Source: Borreliella garinii (GTDB lineage Bacteria > Spirochaetota > Spirochaetia > JABEVK01). From it: a stretch of DNA of 64,000 nt. The stretch spans positions 945 to 64,944 of the forward strand of contig DYOB01000004.1 in the NCBI GenBank assembly GCA_020720765.1, read 5' to 3'. The notes below the pieces were generated by a model. That model made no database searches, had not been told where the DNA came from, and saw only the letters and a list, made by a program, of their open reading frames with translations. Made by a program: the position numbers and the translations under genes. Positions 55,893-64,000 of this stretch are shown piece by piece (position 1 is the stretch's first letter; every line of letters starts with the position of its first letter).

Positions 55893-56666
55893 TTGAAATT
55901 TTTCGATACACACGCGCACATGAGCTTGATTCATGATGATCCCATTGAACAACTCGTCATCGCCCAAGAGGCGAAAAGGGAAAATATTCTCGGGATTTTA
56001 TCCATCACTAATAATATCCAAGATTTTTTCCACGTTTATGAAAACCTAAAAAATGCCTCGAATATGTACTTTGCCGTAGGAGTCAGCCCCTCTGAAACCG
56101 CCCACCCGGGCCGCGATTGGGAACAAAAACTGATCAACGGTGTTTCCCTCGAACGCGTCGTTGCAGTCGGAGAAACCGGTCTTGATTACGATAAAAAATA
56201 CGGTAATAAACAGTCCCAGATCCAACTTTTTATCCGCCAGTTGGAATTGGCTGAGATGCTGGCCAAACCCGTGATTATCCACAACCGCGATGCCGGAGAA
56301 GACATTCTTGCCATCCTGAAAGACAGGGTTCCCACAAAGGGGGCGATCCTCCATTGTTATTCTGAAGGGCCGGAATTTGCAGAAAAGGCACTTGAGATAC
56401 CCAACCTCTATATCTCCTTTTCAGGGAATATCACCTACCGTAACACGAGGGATATTCAGCAGAGCGCCATCGAGATACCGTTGGAACGCATGTTGATTGA
56501 AACTGAAAGTCCCTTTATCGTACCCGCAGAATTCAGAGGGAAACGCAATAAACCCAGTTACCTTCCCTCGATAGCGGCTTTTATTGCCGAGATGCGCGAG
56601 ATGGAAATGGAAGAACTTACCGATGTACTCTATGCAAACAGCCTTCGTATTTTTGGATTATCCTAA
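55893..56666 (+). CDS. tatD: TatD-family metal-dependent hydrolase/DNase
   Basis: FFDTHAHM (HxH), GETGLDY, IIHNRDA and LHCYS. TTG start with the SD AGGAGA 6 nt upstream. Confidence 0.9.
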   Translation: MKFFDTHAHMSLIHDDPIEQLVIAQEAKRENILGILSITNNIQDFFHVYENLKNASNMYFAVGVSPSETAHPGRDWEQKLINGVSLERVVAVGETGLDYDKKYGNKQSQIQLFIRQLELAEMLAKPVIIHNRDAGEDILAILKDRVPTKGAILHCYSEGPEFAEKALEIPNLYISFSGNITYRNTRDIQQSAIEIPLERMLIETESPFIVPAEFRGKRNKPSYLPSIAAFIAEMREMEMEELTDVLYANSLRIFGLS

Positions 56667-56684
56667 AAACTCTACTCGTAGTCC

Positions 56685-56712
56685 TTGAAATGAGTCCTTA
56701 ATAAGGTAAACT
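56685..56712 (+). promoter_or_regulatory. Putative promoter for the unknown-purFMND string; predicts a leaderless transcript
   Basis: TTGAAA (56685-56690), 16 nt spacer, TAAACT (56707-56712), 6 nt, then ATG 56719. Confidence 0.45.
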
Positions 56713-56718
56713 ATTGTT

Positions 56719-58275
56719 ATGCCGACCATATTCGACAGCATAGGTGATTTTTTTTCAAGTTTATTCGGCGGCGAGGACGCACAGCTCAAACGCGAGCTGC
56801 GGAAACTTGAAGATGAAGTAACCCTGATCCAACCCCCCATCTACCAGAAAACCGCCCGAAGAGTCCTGGCGGCCTTACCCGCCTCACTTACACAATTACA
56901 AAAAGCATTATTACCTCTAGGCGATCTTTTTTCCAAGACGATTTCCAACCCGGAACCCAAGATTGCTGGGGCCAACTTTAATTATCTTATAGAAAATCTT
57001 TTAACCGGGGACATTTCAACTCGCCGTTCCAACTTGACTTATGAGACTATGAAATCTAGGCTGATGTCGTGCGATAACACAGACGAAGAGCTGGGACTTA
57101 TCAACGCCGAGTTCAATAAGTTTATAGCCGAGGTTAAACGCCAGGGAACCCCAAACACGATGCTTCCTCTTCAGCGTCTCTATACTCTTTCTGAATGGGT
57201 TCTGCACTCTATAGAAGATTTTATCAAACCTTTTCGTCCACCGCCCGGAGGAGAATCCGGTTCGGTTTCTGTCTTAGGCGAATCCCTAATCGATCAACTT
57301 CTGGATATCTACTATGTGCTCAAACCTGTTATTCTCGACGACCCCCTGGAAATTGCGCTTTCTCTGCTTTTTGAAAGGATCAACGCCCAGAAAGCCCAAG
57401 CTCATATAGAAATCGCTCAAAAAATGCTCGACAGGGCTCGGATTATTATGGCCGGAACCTGTCATCCAGACCATTTAGCCAAGCTCGTAAGAGTTATTCA
57501 GCGCGACCCGAATTTCGAAGTAGCCTACGATAATGGTGTCCGGAATTTTCTTCAGGAATACTGCACGCAAACCACGGAGGGTTTTGAACGCGATAGGGAC
57601 CGCGCGGCCGGGGAAGTCCAGGAAAATAACCTGATTAAAGAAGTCCATACACTTTTCCAGGACCGCCCCCTCAAATCGGTACCTGGGTACGACAACGAAC
57701 ACAACCTTGAACTTACCGCTGCAGGAGTTCAACGATTTTCCTATATCAAGCCTATGAACATCCTAAAATCTCTCAATATTTACATCATGGACGCGGAAAT
57801 TTTTCCCGCTATTGAAAGAGTGCTTACGGACGCTATCTACGTGGAAAAAGATTGGGCCACGCTTTTAGGCAATACCTTCTATCTGTGTAAAAGCCTTTCA
57901 CAAAGATTTCTTGATTTTGAGGAATCTTTAACAGGCGACGGACGGGCAACCATAGAACAACTCGAAAAACTTATTCATCGACCTCAGGGGGGACCAAACA
58001 CCGCGCCGGCTAACAGAATTGTTGAGTTCATCAATAAAAGCAGTGCTAAATTCCTTATCGACGAGGCCAAAAACCTTTTTCTTCTTTCTGACTATATGAA
58101 AGAGATCCTCCAGGATTTTAAAAAACCGACACCCGAACGAATCTCGAACATCCGGGTGCTCGGCGGGAAGAATAACCGTCAAATTCTACAGGACATTGCA
58201 GACGGTCATGAACATATAATCCTTTTTTTGAAAATCCTTAAAAATTTTGTCGTTCTCAATATTACAGGTTTTTGA
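56719..58275 (+). CDS. Hypothetical cytoplasmic protein, 518 aa, predicted all-helical
   Basis: Long uninterrupted ORF with no TM segment, signal peptide or recognisable motif. Its stop overlaps the purF start. Confidence 0.65.
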   Translation: MPTIFDSIGDFFSSLFGGEDAQLKRELRKLEDEVTLIQPPIYQKTARRVLAALPASLTQLQKALLPLGDLFSKTISNPEPKIAGANFNYLIENLLTGDISTRRSNLTYETMKSRLMSCDNTDEELGLINAEFNKFIAEVKRQGTPNTMLPLQRLYTLSEWVLHSIEDFIKPFRPPPGGESGSVSVLGESLIDQLLDIYYVLKPVILDDPLEIALSLLFERINAQKAQAHIEIAQKMLDRARIIMAGTCHPDHLAKLVRVIQRDPNFEVAYDNGVRNFLQEYCTQTTEGFERDRDRAAGEVQENNLIKEVHTLFQDRPLKSVPGYDNEHNLELTAAGVQRFSYIKPMNILKSLNIYIMDAEIFPAIERVLTDAIYVEKDWATLLGNTFYLCKSLSQRFLDFEESLTGDGRATIEQLEKLIHRPQGGPNTAPANRIVEFINKSSAKFLIDEAKNLFLLSDYMKEILQDFKKPTPERISNIRVLGGKNNRQILQDIADGHEHIILFLKILKNFVVLNITGF

Positions 58276-59711
58276 TTCTTGACGTGATCAGAGCGTTCGG
58301 CTACCCTTCGTGCGTGGACGAACAAAAGGATTCTTTAGGTCATTTTTGCGGTATAGTGGGTTTATATAGCGAAATCGGAAGAAACCTGCCCCATGAACTT
58401 TTCTATAGTCTTTACGCACTTCAACACAGGGGGCAGGAAGCTGCCGGAATATGTTATTCTGAAAACGGAAAATTTTTAACTTATAAAGGTATAGGTCTGG
58501 TCAGTCAGGTTCTTGCGCCTTTTTTAACCCAAAATCACAAAGCAAACCTCGGAATCGGTCATGTACGATATTCAACTTCCGGCGGTACAAGGGTGGAAAA
58601 CGCACAACCCATCCATATCACCTGCATCCGTGGCGACATTGCACTTGCGCATAACGGCAATATTTCCAATATCCATTCTATCCGCATCAGACTCACTGCC
58701 GAGGGCGCTATCTTTCAAACTACAAGCGACACGGAACTCGTGCTCCATCTCCTTTCACGTGCAAAGGCACCTTTGTTCCAAGACGCTCTTGTTGAGGTTC
58801 TTCGCCAACTCAAAGGAGCCTTCTCGATGGTCCTCCTTCACGATGAAACTCTCTATATCTTTCGCGATCCTCAAGGGTTTAGACCGCTTTATTATGGCGA
58901 GGAAGGAGGCTTGCATATGGCAGCTTCCGAAACCTCGGCGTTCGATATGGTTGGTATTACCCGATACAGGCAAGTCGAATGCGGGGAAATCCTGATTCTC
59001 GATAAATCCGGCCCCCGATCTCTGAAATACGCCGTTCCCAAGCCTTCCCATTGTGTCTTTGAACTTATTTATTTTGCACGTCCCGATTCGCAAATTTTCG
59101 GTAGGAGCGTCTACAAATTTCGCAAATCTATCGGAAGAGCCCTCGCTGAAGTCGATCCCGTGGTCGCCGACCTCGTACTCCCGGTTCCCGACAGCGGTAC
59201 CACCGCAGCACTGGGCTACGCAGAAGTTAAGAAAATACCCTTCGAGATGGGAATGACCCGCAACCACTTTGCCGGAAGGAGTTTCACGCTCCCGAAACAG
59301 GATCAGAGAGAACTCGCTGTCCGGATGAAGCTCCATCCAATTAAGGACGTTATAGCAGGGAAAATCATCGTCCTGGTCGATGACAGCCTGGTTCGAGGTA
59401 CAACGAGTAAAATCATTGTCAAACTTCTCAAAGAAGCAGGAGCCAAGGAAGTCCACCTCAGGCTCAGCTCCCCTGAAATCCGCTTCCCTTGCTTTTACGG
59501 AATCGATATCCCGACCAGGAAAGAACTGATCTCCAACCGGATGGACGCCGAAAACCTCGCCCGTGAAATCGGGGCGGATTCTGTGCTTTTCTTACCGATT
59601 CAAGACCTTAAAACCGTGAGTGAATTGCCTGAAAATTATTGTTTTGCGTGTTTCTCGGGGGACTACCCCGAAGAATTAAGCCTTGAAAACCAGAAGGAGC
59701 TCACCTTATGA
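58272..59711 (+). CDS. purF: Amidophosphoribosyltransferase
   Basis: Ntn nucleophile context FCGIVGLY after a ~25 aa leader, and PRPP loop IIVLVDDSLVRGTTS. The start (TTG 58272) is uncertain. Confidence 0.93.
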   Translation: MILDVIRAFGYPSCVDEQKDSLGHFCGIVGLYSEIGRNLPHELFYSLYALQHRGQEAAGICYSENGKFLTYKGIGLVSQVLAPFLTQNHKANLGIGHVRYSTSGGTRVENAQPIHITCIRGDIALAHNGNISNIHSIRIRLTAEGAIFQTTSDTELVLHLLSRAKAPLFQDALVEVLRQLKGAFSMVLLHDETLYIFRDPQGFRPLYYGEEGGLHMAASETSAFDMVGITRYRQVECGEILILDKSGPRSLKYAVPKPSHCVFELIYFARPDSQIFGRSVYKFRKSIGRALAEVDPVVADLVLPVPDSGTTAALGYAEVKKIPFEMGMTRNHFAGRSFTLPKQDQRELAVRMKLHPIKDVIAGKIIVLVDDSLVRGTTSKIIVKLLKEAGAKEVHLRLSSPEIRFPCFYGIDIPTRKELISNRMDAENLAREIGADSVLFLPIQDLKTVSELPENYCFACFSGDYPEELSLENQKELTL

Positions 59712-60661
59712 AGGAAAAAACCTACGCTGAAGCGGGTGTGGATATCGAGGCCGGGGACGCCTTCGCAAGGTATATTGCCGGTCAAAATTCGAACGCTGTT
59801 TCCAAGGCCATCGGAGGGTTTGCAGGCGGTTTAGAAATAGAAAGCGGCAGGTGGAAGAAACCCGTCCTCTACAGCACCACAGACGGAGTGGGAACAAAGA
59901 TCATGATAGCGAGGAAGCTCGGGAAGTTTGATACCTTGGGTATCGACCTTGTGGCAATGTGCGTTAACGACCTTGTTGTAACCGGGGCTACCCCCCTCCA
60001 ATTCCTTGATTACATCGCCCTGGGTAAAATTGTTCCCGGTTTCCTTGAAGAAATCATATCCGGCGTCATTAAAGGTTGTGAACAGGCTGGTTGCACACTT
60101 TCGGGGGGTGAAACAGCCGAGATGCCCGATGTTTATGGTGAAGACGACTTTGATCTTGCGGGTTTCGCCGTAGGAATGGCCGAGGCAGAAGAAATCAGGC
60201 CTTATAAAGGCAAGATTCGTTCCGGAGACCTCCTTTTGGGACTGCCGAGTACTGGCATCCATAGCAACGGTCTGAGCCTGGCACGAAAGGTTCTGCCCTT
60301 CGAGAGCGGCTTTTGGCCTCAACTCCTAACCCCAACAAAAATCTACGTACAGGAACTGCTTCCGCTTTTTTCCGAACCAGCCTTTCTAGCTGCCGCTCAT
60401 ATCACCGGCGGCGGTATCGAGGGAAACTTGGTCAGGGTTCTTCCCGATGGCCTCAGACCTAGGCTTTCGAGGGCATGGAAGGTTCCCGAGGTCTTTCATG
60501 CGATGGTCAATGAAGGTGTTGAACCCGATGAAATGGACAAGGTTTTCAATATGGGTATAGGAATGCTCCTCGTGGTTGAAAAAAATGGTTGGGAATCCGT
60601 TACCAAGAACCTTACGGACCGAGGTATCCCCCATTTTGAAGCCGGGGATTTGATTGCCTAA
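59708..60661 (+). CDS. purM: Phosphoribosylformylglycinamidine cyclo-ligase (AIR synthetase)
   Basis: YAEAGVDIEAG, TDGVGTK, and GGETAEMP. ATGA overlap with purF. Confidence 0.93.
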   Translation: MKEKTYAEAGVDIEAGDAFARYIAGQNSNAVSKAIGGFAGGLEIESGRWKKPVLYSTTDGVGTKIMIARKLGKFDTLGIDLVAMCVNDLVVTGATPLQFLDYIALGKIVPGFLEEIISGVIKGCEQAGCTLSGGETAEMPDVYGEDDFDLAGFAVGMAEAEEIRPYKGKIRSGDLLLGLPSTGIHSNGLSLARKVLPFESGFWPQLLTPTKIYVQELLPLFSEPAFLAAAHITGGGIEGNLVRVLPDGLRPRLSRAWKVPEVFHAMVNEGVEPDEMDKVFNMGIGMLLVVEKNGWESVTKNLTDRGIPHFEAGDLIA

Positions 60662-61220
60662 CCTGGCGGTTCTAGCATCCGGTACAGGTTCAAATTTTGA
60701 GGTACTCTGTAATGAATTTCGGGAAACAGATCTTTTTCCCCTTATCCTTGTCTATGACAGACAAAACGCTCCCGTCCTTGAGAAAGCGCGTAAAAACGGG
60801 GTCGAAGCACTCTACCTCCCCTTCCCTCCAGCCCAAAAAGAAAGCGCCAGCCAGATTTTAACTCAGGAACTCAAAGCAAGGGATATCCAATTCATTATTC
60901 TGGCAGGCTTTATGAAAATGCTTCCACCTTCTTTCGTCAACACCTGGGATACAAGAATTCTTAATATCCACCCCAGCCTTCTACCAAGGCATCCTGGTAC
61001 AGACTCTATCAAAAAAGCCTTCGACCAGGGGGATAGGGAAATTGGCATAACCATCCACCTTGTAGATAAAGGCATGGATACCGGCCCCATCCTCTTTCAA
61101 AATTTCTTTTTAAGACAAGAAGAGGATAACCTAGAAGAAATTGAGAAAAAAGTGCATAATCTCGAACATGGTTGGTACCCCAAAGTCATAAGGGACTATA
61201 CCGGAAAATACCAGGAGTAA
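60654..61220 (+). CDS. purN: Phosphoribosylglycinamide formyltransferase
   Basis: LAVLASGTGSNFEVL, NIHPSLLPRHPG. TTG start overlapping the purM 3' end. Confidence 0.9.
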   Translation: MPNLAVLASGTGSNFEVLCNEFRETDLFPLILVYDRQNAPVLEKARKNGVEALYLPFPPAQKESASQILTQELKARDIQFIILAGFMKMLPPSFVNTWDTRILNIHPSLLPRHPGTDSIKKAFDQGDREIGITIHLVDKGMDTGPILFQNFFLRQEEDNLEEIEKKVHNLEHGWYPKVIRDYTGKYQE

Positions 61221-61224
61221 TATT

Positions 61225-62493
61225 TTGAAGGTAGCAGTTATTGGTTCGGGTGCGCGCGAGCACGCTCTAGTTTGGGCATTTTCACAGAGCAGGCGCATTC
61301 ACGGCCTTATCTGCATACCTGGGAACGCAGGAATCGAAGAAATTGCCGACATTGCCGCCGCTGATCCCATGGATTCAGCTTCGGTCATTAAAGCACTCAA
61401 GAGTTTTCAACCCGACCTGATATTTATAGGCGCTGAAGGGCCTCTAGAAAACGGCCTGGCAGATTCTCTCAGATCTGAAGGCTGGAAGGTGGTCGGTCCT
61501 GGTAAAGAACAAGCAAAACTTGAATCCAGTAAGGAATTTTCCAAGCAGTTTATGGTGCGCCACGGAATTCCAACGGCTTCTGCAAAAATCTTAAAAAACC
61601 GCCAAGACCTTGAGACCTACCTCAAGTCTTTTCCTTCCCCCTGGGTTTTAAAAAAGAGCGGGCTTGCCGCCGGCAAAGGGGTTTTAGAAACCCAAAACTA
61701 TGAGGAAGCTCTCTCTTTTGGTCTTGAAGTCTTGAATAACGACGTGCTAGTGGCTGAGGAATTCCTTTCAGGGTTCGAAGTAAGCGTCTTTGCTCTGATG
61801 GATGGAAAAAATTACCTCATTTTACCTGCGTGTTCAGACCACAAAAAAGCATTTGAGGAAGATAGAGGCCTCAACACCGGCGGCATGGGTGCTATTTGTC
61901 CAGTCCCTCAATTATCCCACGCCCAATGGGAAGAAATCCTTAAAAAAATAGTAGAACCTACGATGGCTGGTCTTATACAAGACAACACGATGTATACGGG
62001 TGTACTCTTCTTCGGATTGATGGTTTGTTCTGGTGGTCCGAAGGTCCTTGAGTACAATGTCCGTTTGGGGGACCCCGAAACCCAGGCTCTGATACCAAGA
62101 ATTCAAAACGATTTTGTCGACCTTATGGAAGCCATGGTGAATGGGAATCTCAACGCAATTCAGCTTGAGGTCGACCCGAGGATGTCACTGAGTGTCGTTA
62201 TTGCAAGTCCTGGGTACCCCGGACCCTATACAAAAAACATTCCCATAAGAAATCTCCCCTCTAACCGTGTGGGAAAATTCTTACTTTTTCACGCAGGCAC
62301 GCACAACGACGACGAAGGAAAAATGGTGACAACGCTTGGACGCTGTTTTAGCGCCGTAGGCATCGGGGAATTTTTCGATGACGCCCAAAGAAGAGCAAAC
62401 AACGGTGCCAAAGAAGTTGATTTTGAAGGAGCCTGGTTCAGACGCGATATAGGGAAAAAAATGATCGAGCTCAGCCCTTATTCTTCCCGCTGA
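61225..62493 (+). CDS. purD: Phosphoribosylamine--glycine ligase
   Basis: VAVIGSGAREHAL and an ATP-grasp region (LEYNVRLGDPETQ). TTG start with the SD AGGAG. Confidence 0.93.
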   Translation: MKVAVIGSGAREHALVWAFSQSRRIHGLICIPGNAGIEEIADIAAADPMDSASVIKALKSFQPDLIFIGAEGPLENGLADSLRSEGWKVVGPGKEQAKLESSKEFSKQFMVRHGIPTASAKILKNRQDLETYLKSFPSPWVLKKSGLAAGKGVLETQNYEEALSFGLEVLNNDVLVAEEFLSGFEVSVFALMDGKNYLILPACSDHKKAFEEDRGLNTGGMGAICPVPQLSHAQWEEILKKIVEPTMAGLIQDNTMYTGVLFFGLMVCSGGPKVLEYNVRLGDPETQALIPRIQNDFVDLMEAMVNGNLNAIQLEVDPRMSLSVVIASPGYPGPYTKNIPIRNLPSNRVGKFLLFHAGTHNDDEGKMVTTLGRCFSAVGIGEFFDDAQRRANNGAKEVDFEGAWFRRDIGKKMIELSPYSSR

Positions 62494-63196
62494 CGGGGAT
62501 TCTGGCTGCATACAGCAGAATTCCGGCTGAAACACTGACATTGAGCGAATCCAGGCGTCCGGTGGTGGGAATCCTCACGAGTGAGTCGCACTTTTCAGCG
62601 ACCAACCTTCCCAGACCTTTGCCCTCTCCCCCCATAACCAGAGCGTTTTTTTTTGCGAATCCGACGCTCGACAGATTTTCACCAGCCATATCGGCACCGT
62701 AGACCCAATACCCGGCTTCTTTTATCTGTTCAAGGGCCCTGCTGAGGTTTGGGACTGTAGACCTCGGTACCCATACGTGGGCACCTGAGGACGCGGCGAT
62801 GGCCCCTGGCCCCAGAGGAGCGGCTCTGCGGGACGCTGAGACGACAAGCTTCACTTGGAATTGCTCTGCGCTGCGCAAGATTGCCCCGAAATTCTGAGGG
62901 TCGGTGATCCCGTCGAGTATCAGAATAAGACCTGCCTCTTCTGTTTTTTCCTGCTCAAGGAATCGATCCCAATCCACCTCAGTTGTTTGAGTATCGGGTA
63001 CCTCAAGGTAAAAACCCCTTTCATTCTCATCGACTTTTGGCTTTTGATGGGAAAGAAACTTAACGGGGACTTCTTTTTCTTCCGCCAACTTTCTTAAGGC
63101 GTCGGTTATGCTGCTCTTTTTAAGGATATAGAGGACAGCGCGGGGAGTGCCTCTCCTAATTTCTTCTTCAACACCATGTTTGGAAACTATCTTCAT
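62471..63196 (-). CDS. SpoU/TrmH-family RNA 2'-O-methyltransferase (RlmB-like)
   Basis: LILDGITDPQNFGAILRSAEQF, LVMGGEGKGL and SLNVSVSAGILLY. Confidence 0.85.
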   Translation of the reverse strand: MKIVSKHGVEEEIRRGTPRAVLYILKKSSITDALRKLAEEKEVPVKFLSHQKPKVDENERGFYLEVPDTQTTEVDWDRFLEQEKTEEAGLILILDGITDPQNFGAILRSAEQFQVKLVVSASRRAAPLGPGAIAASSGAHVWVPRSTVPNLSRALEQIKEAGYWVYGADMAGENLSSVGFAKKNALVMGGEGKGLGRLVAEKCDSLVRIPTTGRLDSLNVSVSAGILLYAARIPVSGKNKG

Positions 63197-63729
63197 TCAG
63201 ACTTTTCTTTCTCGTTCCCGGCTAGAATAAAATTTCCTTTTTGGAGGACCTCGTTGAGTAGTCCCGCTGTATCGTGGAAAAAATCCTGCTTTCTTAGACG
63301 TATTTCATAGTGAAGGTCGGATTGGAGGGCCCTTTGAAGACAACGGTTTATATTATAAATAGGTCCTGCAATTCGATGAGAATAGAACACCCCTGCAACG
63401 CTCGTGATAACAAGAATCAAAAGATTATTAAAAAGGATGGCAGGGGTGACGATTTCCCAACGCCAGAGTACAGTCGTTTCCTGGTCGTAAATAGGCACGG
63501 TTTCACCGCTTACAGGATCCAGCATAGTTTCACCTGTTTCCACCCTTGTGCTCAGGGTGAAAATTTCTTCAAAACGTCCTTCCCCGAGGTTATTTAAAGC
63601 CCAGCCTACAGCAATAAAAGAGCCTGTAAAAATGATAAAAGCTGCGATAACCCCGAGTACAAAATGAAGGATCATCCTGAGTTGGAAATTATGGTTGATC
63701 AAGTAGTTGATACGTTTGGCTTTTTGCAC
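63193..63729 (-). CDS. Two-TM membrane protein with a HAMP-like C-terminal segment and no output domain
   Basis: The GTG start follows the SD GAGGGGGA. TM1 is ILHFVLGVIAAFIIFTGSFIAV and TM2 is LLILVITSVAGVFYS, followed by HRIAGPIYNINRCLQRA...LRKQDFFHDTAGLLNEVL (HAMP-like pattern). Confidence 0.55.
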   Translation of the reverse strand: MQKAKRINYLINHNFQLRMILHFVLGVIAAFIIFTGSFIAVGWALNNLGEGRFEEIFTLSTRVETGETMLDPVSGETVPIYDQETTVLWRWEIVTPAILFNNLLILVITSVAGVFYSHRIAGPIYNINRCLQRALQSDLHYEIRLRKQDFFHDTAGLLNEVLQKGNFILAGNEKEKSE

Positions 63730-63805
63730 GCTATCCCCCTCGTCCTACTATATACGTTAATAGTTTTTTTTGCTACTTTTTTTTAACTGAAACAAAGGAG
63801 ATTCT

Positions 63806-64000
63806 ATGAAAGCCTGTATTTTATTTTTTTTAATATCCATGAACTTTCTCGGGGCGCAAGATCTGGTCAATACGGTAAGTATTGGTGAGTTTTTAAGAAA
63901 GCCCGGTGAGAATGTCCTTTTTCTACCTTCCGGAGGAGGCACCCAGCTCGTCATCCCCGTGCCTGGCTTTGCAACTGAGACGAACCCCCAGCTTCTTCCG
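63806..64000 (+). CDS. Exported protein, 5' portion only (runs off the window)
   Basis: ATG 63806 lies 5 nt after the SD AAAGGAG and gives the signal peptide MKACILFFLISMNFLGAQ. The frame is open to nt 64000. Preferred over the antisense 63757-63954 ORF. Confidence 0.5.
   Translation, partial: MKACILFFLISMNFLGAQDLVNTVSIGEFLRKPGENVLFLPSGGGTQLVIPVPGFATETNPQLLP

Noticed and set aside
58200-58300. Purine riboswitch or attenuator ahead of purF
   Set aside because: There is no untranslated region. purF overlaps the preceding 518-aa ORF.
63757-63954. 65-aa minus-strand ORF
   Set aside because: The plus-strand reading from ATG 63806 has an SD (AAAGGAG) and a canonical signal peptide and stays open to the window end. 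The minus-strand ORF has neither feature.
1-64000. Search for CRISPR arrays, IS elements, integrases, prophage genes, rRNA and toxin-antitoxin pairs
   Set aside because: No spaced direct repeats, transposase or integrase motifs, terminal inverted repeats or rRNA-like sequence were seen. No intergenic space exceeds about 190 nt.

Overview
Dense chromosomal core segment: about 50% GC, roughly 95% coding, about 60 CDS and one tRNA. I saw no rRNA, CRISPR array, transposase, integrase or prophage signature. Housekeeping genes are clear: secA, glyA, cysS, murB, ackA, icd, fabV, mnmE, an aroD-aroE fusion and purF-purM-purN-purD. They are mixed with many signalling genes: a Cache-linked class III adenylate cyclase, a tandem cNMP-binding protein, a GGDEF cyclase, a membrane PP2C/SpoIIE phosphatase, an ECF sigma factor, and a kinase-phosphatase fusion cut by the window edge. 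There are also many exported proteins, lipoproteins and membrane proteins of unknown function. Gene content (FabV, bactofilin next to an M23 peptidase, many lipoboxes, Trp-rich barrel candidate) is reminiscent of free-living spirochaetes. Taxonomy cannot be fixed without a database search. Genes are packed into long co-directional strings with 1-4 nt start/stop overlaps, and six convergent gene pairs overlap at their 3' ends. Most notable observations: (1) ten operon-first genes have a -10-like hexamer 6-7 nt upstream of an ATG with no Shine-Dalgarno (SD) sequence, which suggests widespread leaderless mRNAs; (2) a four-gene operon of ECF sigma, putative anti-sigma, small exported protein and TIG-transglutaminase; (3) an M23 peptidase - bactofilin - YaaR/DUF327 module; (4) a string of cNMP-binding protein, unknown protein and eukaryote-type HAD-IG 5'-nucleotidase; (5) a kinase-fold/dual-specificity-phosphatase fusion; (6) a five-gene coupled operon joining an MltD-like transglycosylase, three unknown exported proteins and an ABC-F ATPase; (7) a 518-aa unknown protein coupled to the pur genes. 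All functional calls rest on motifs read by eye. No searches were run.
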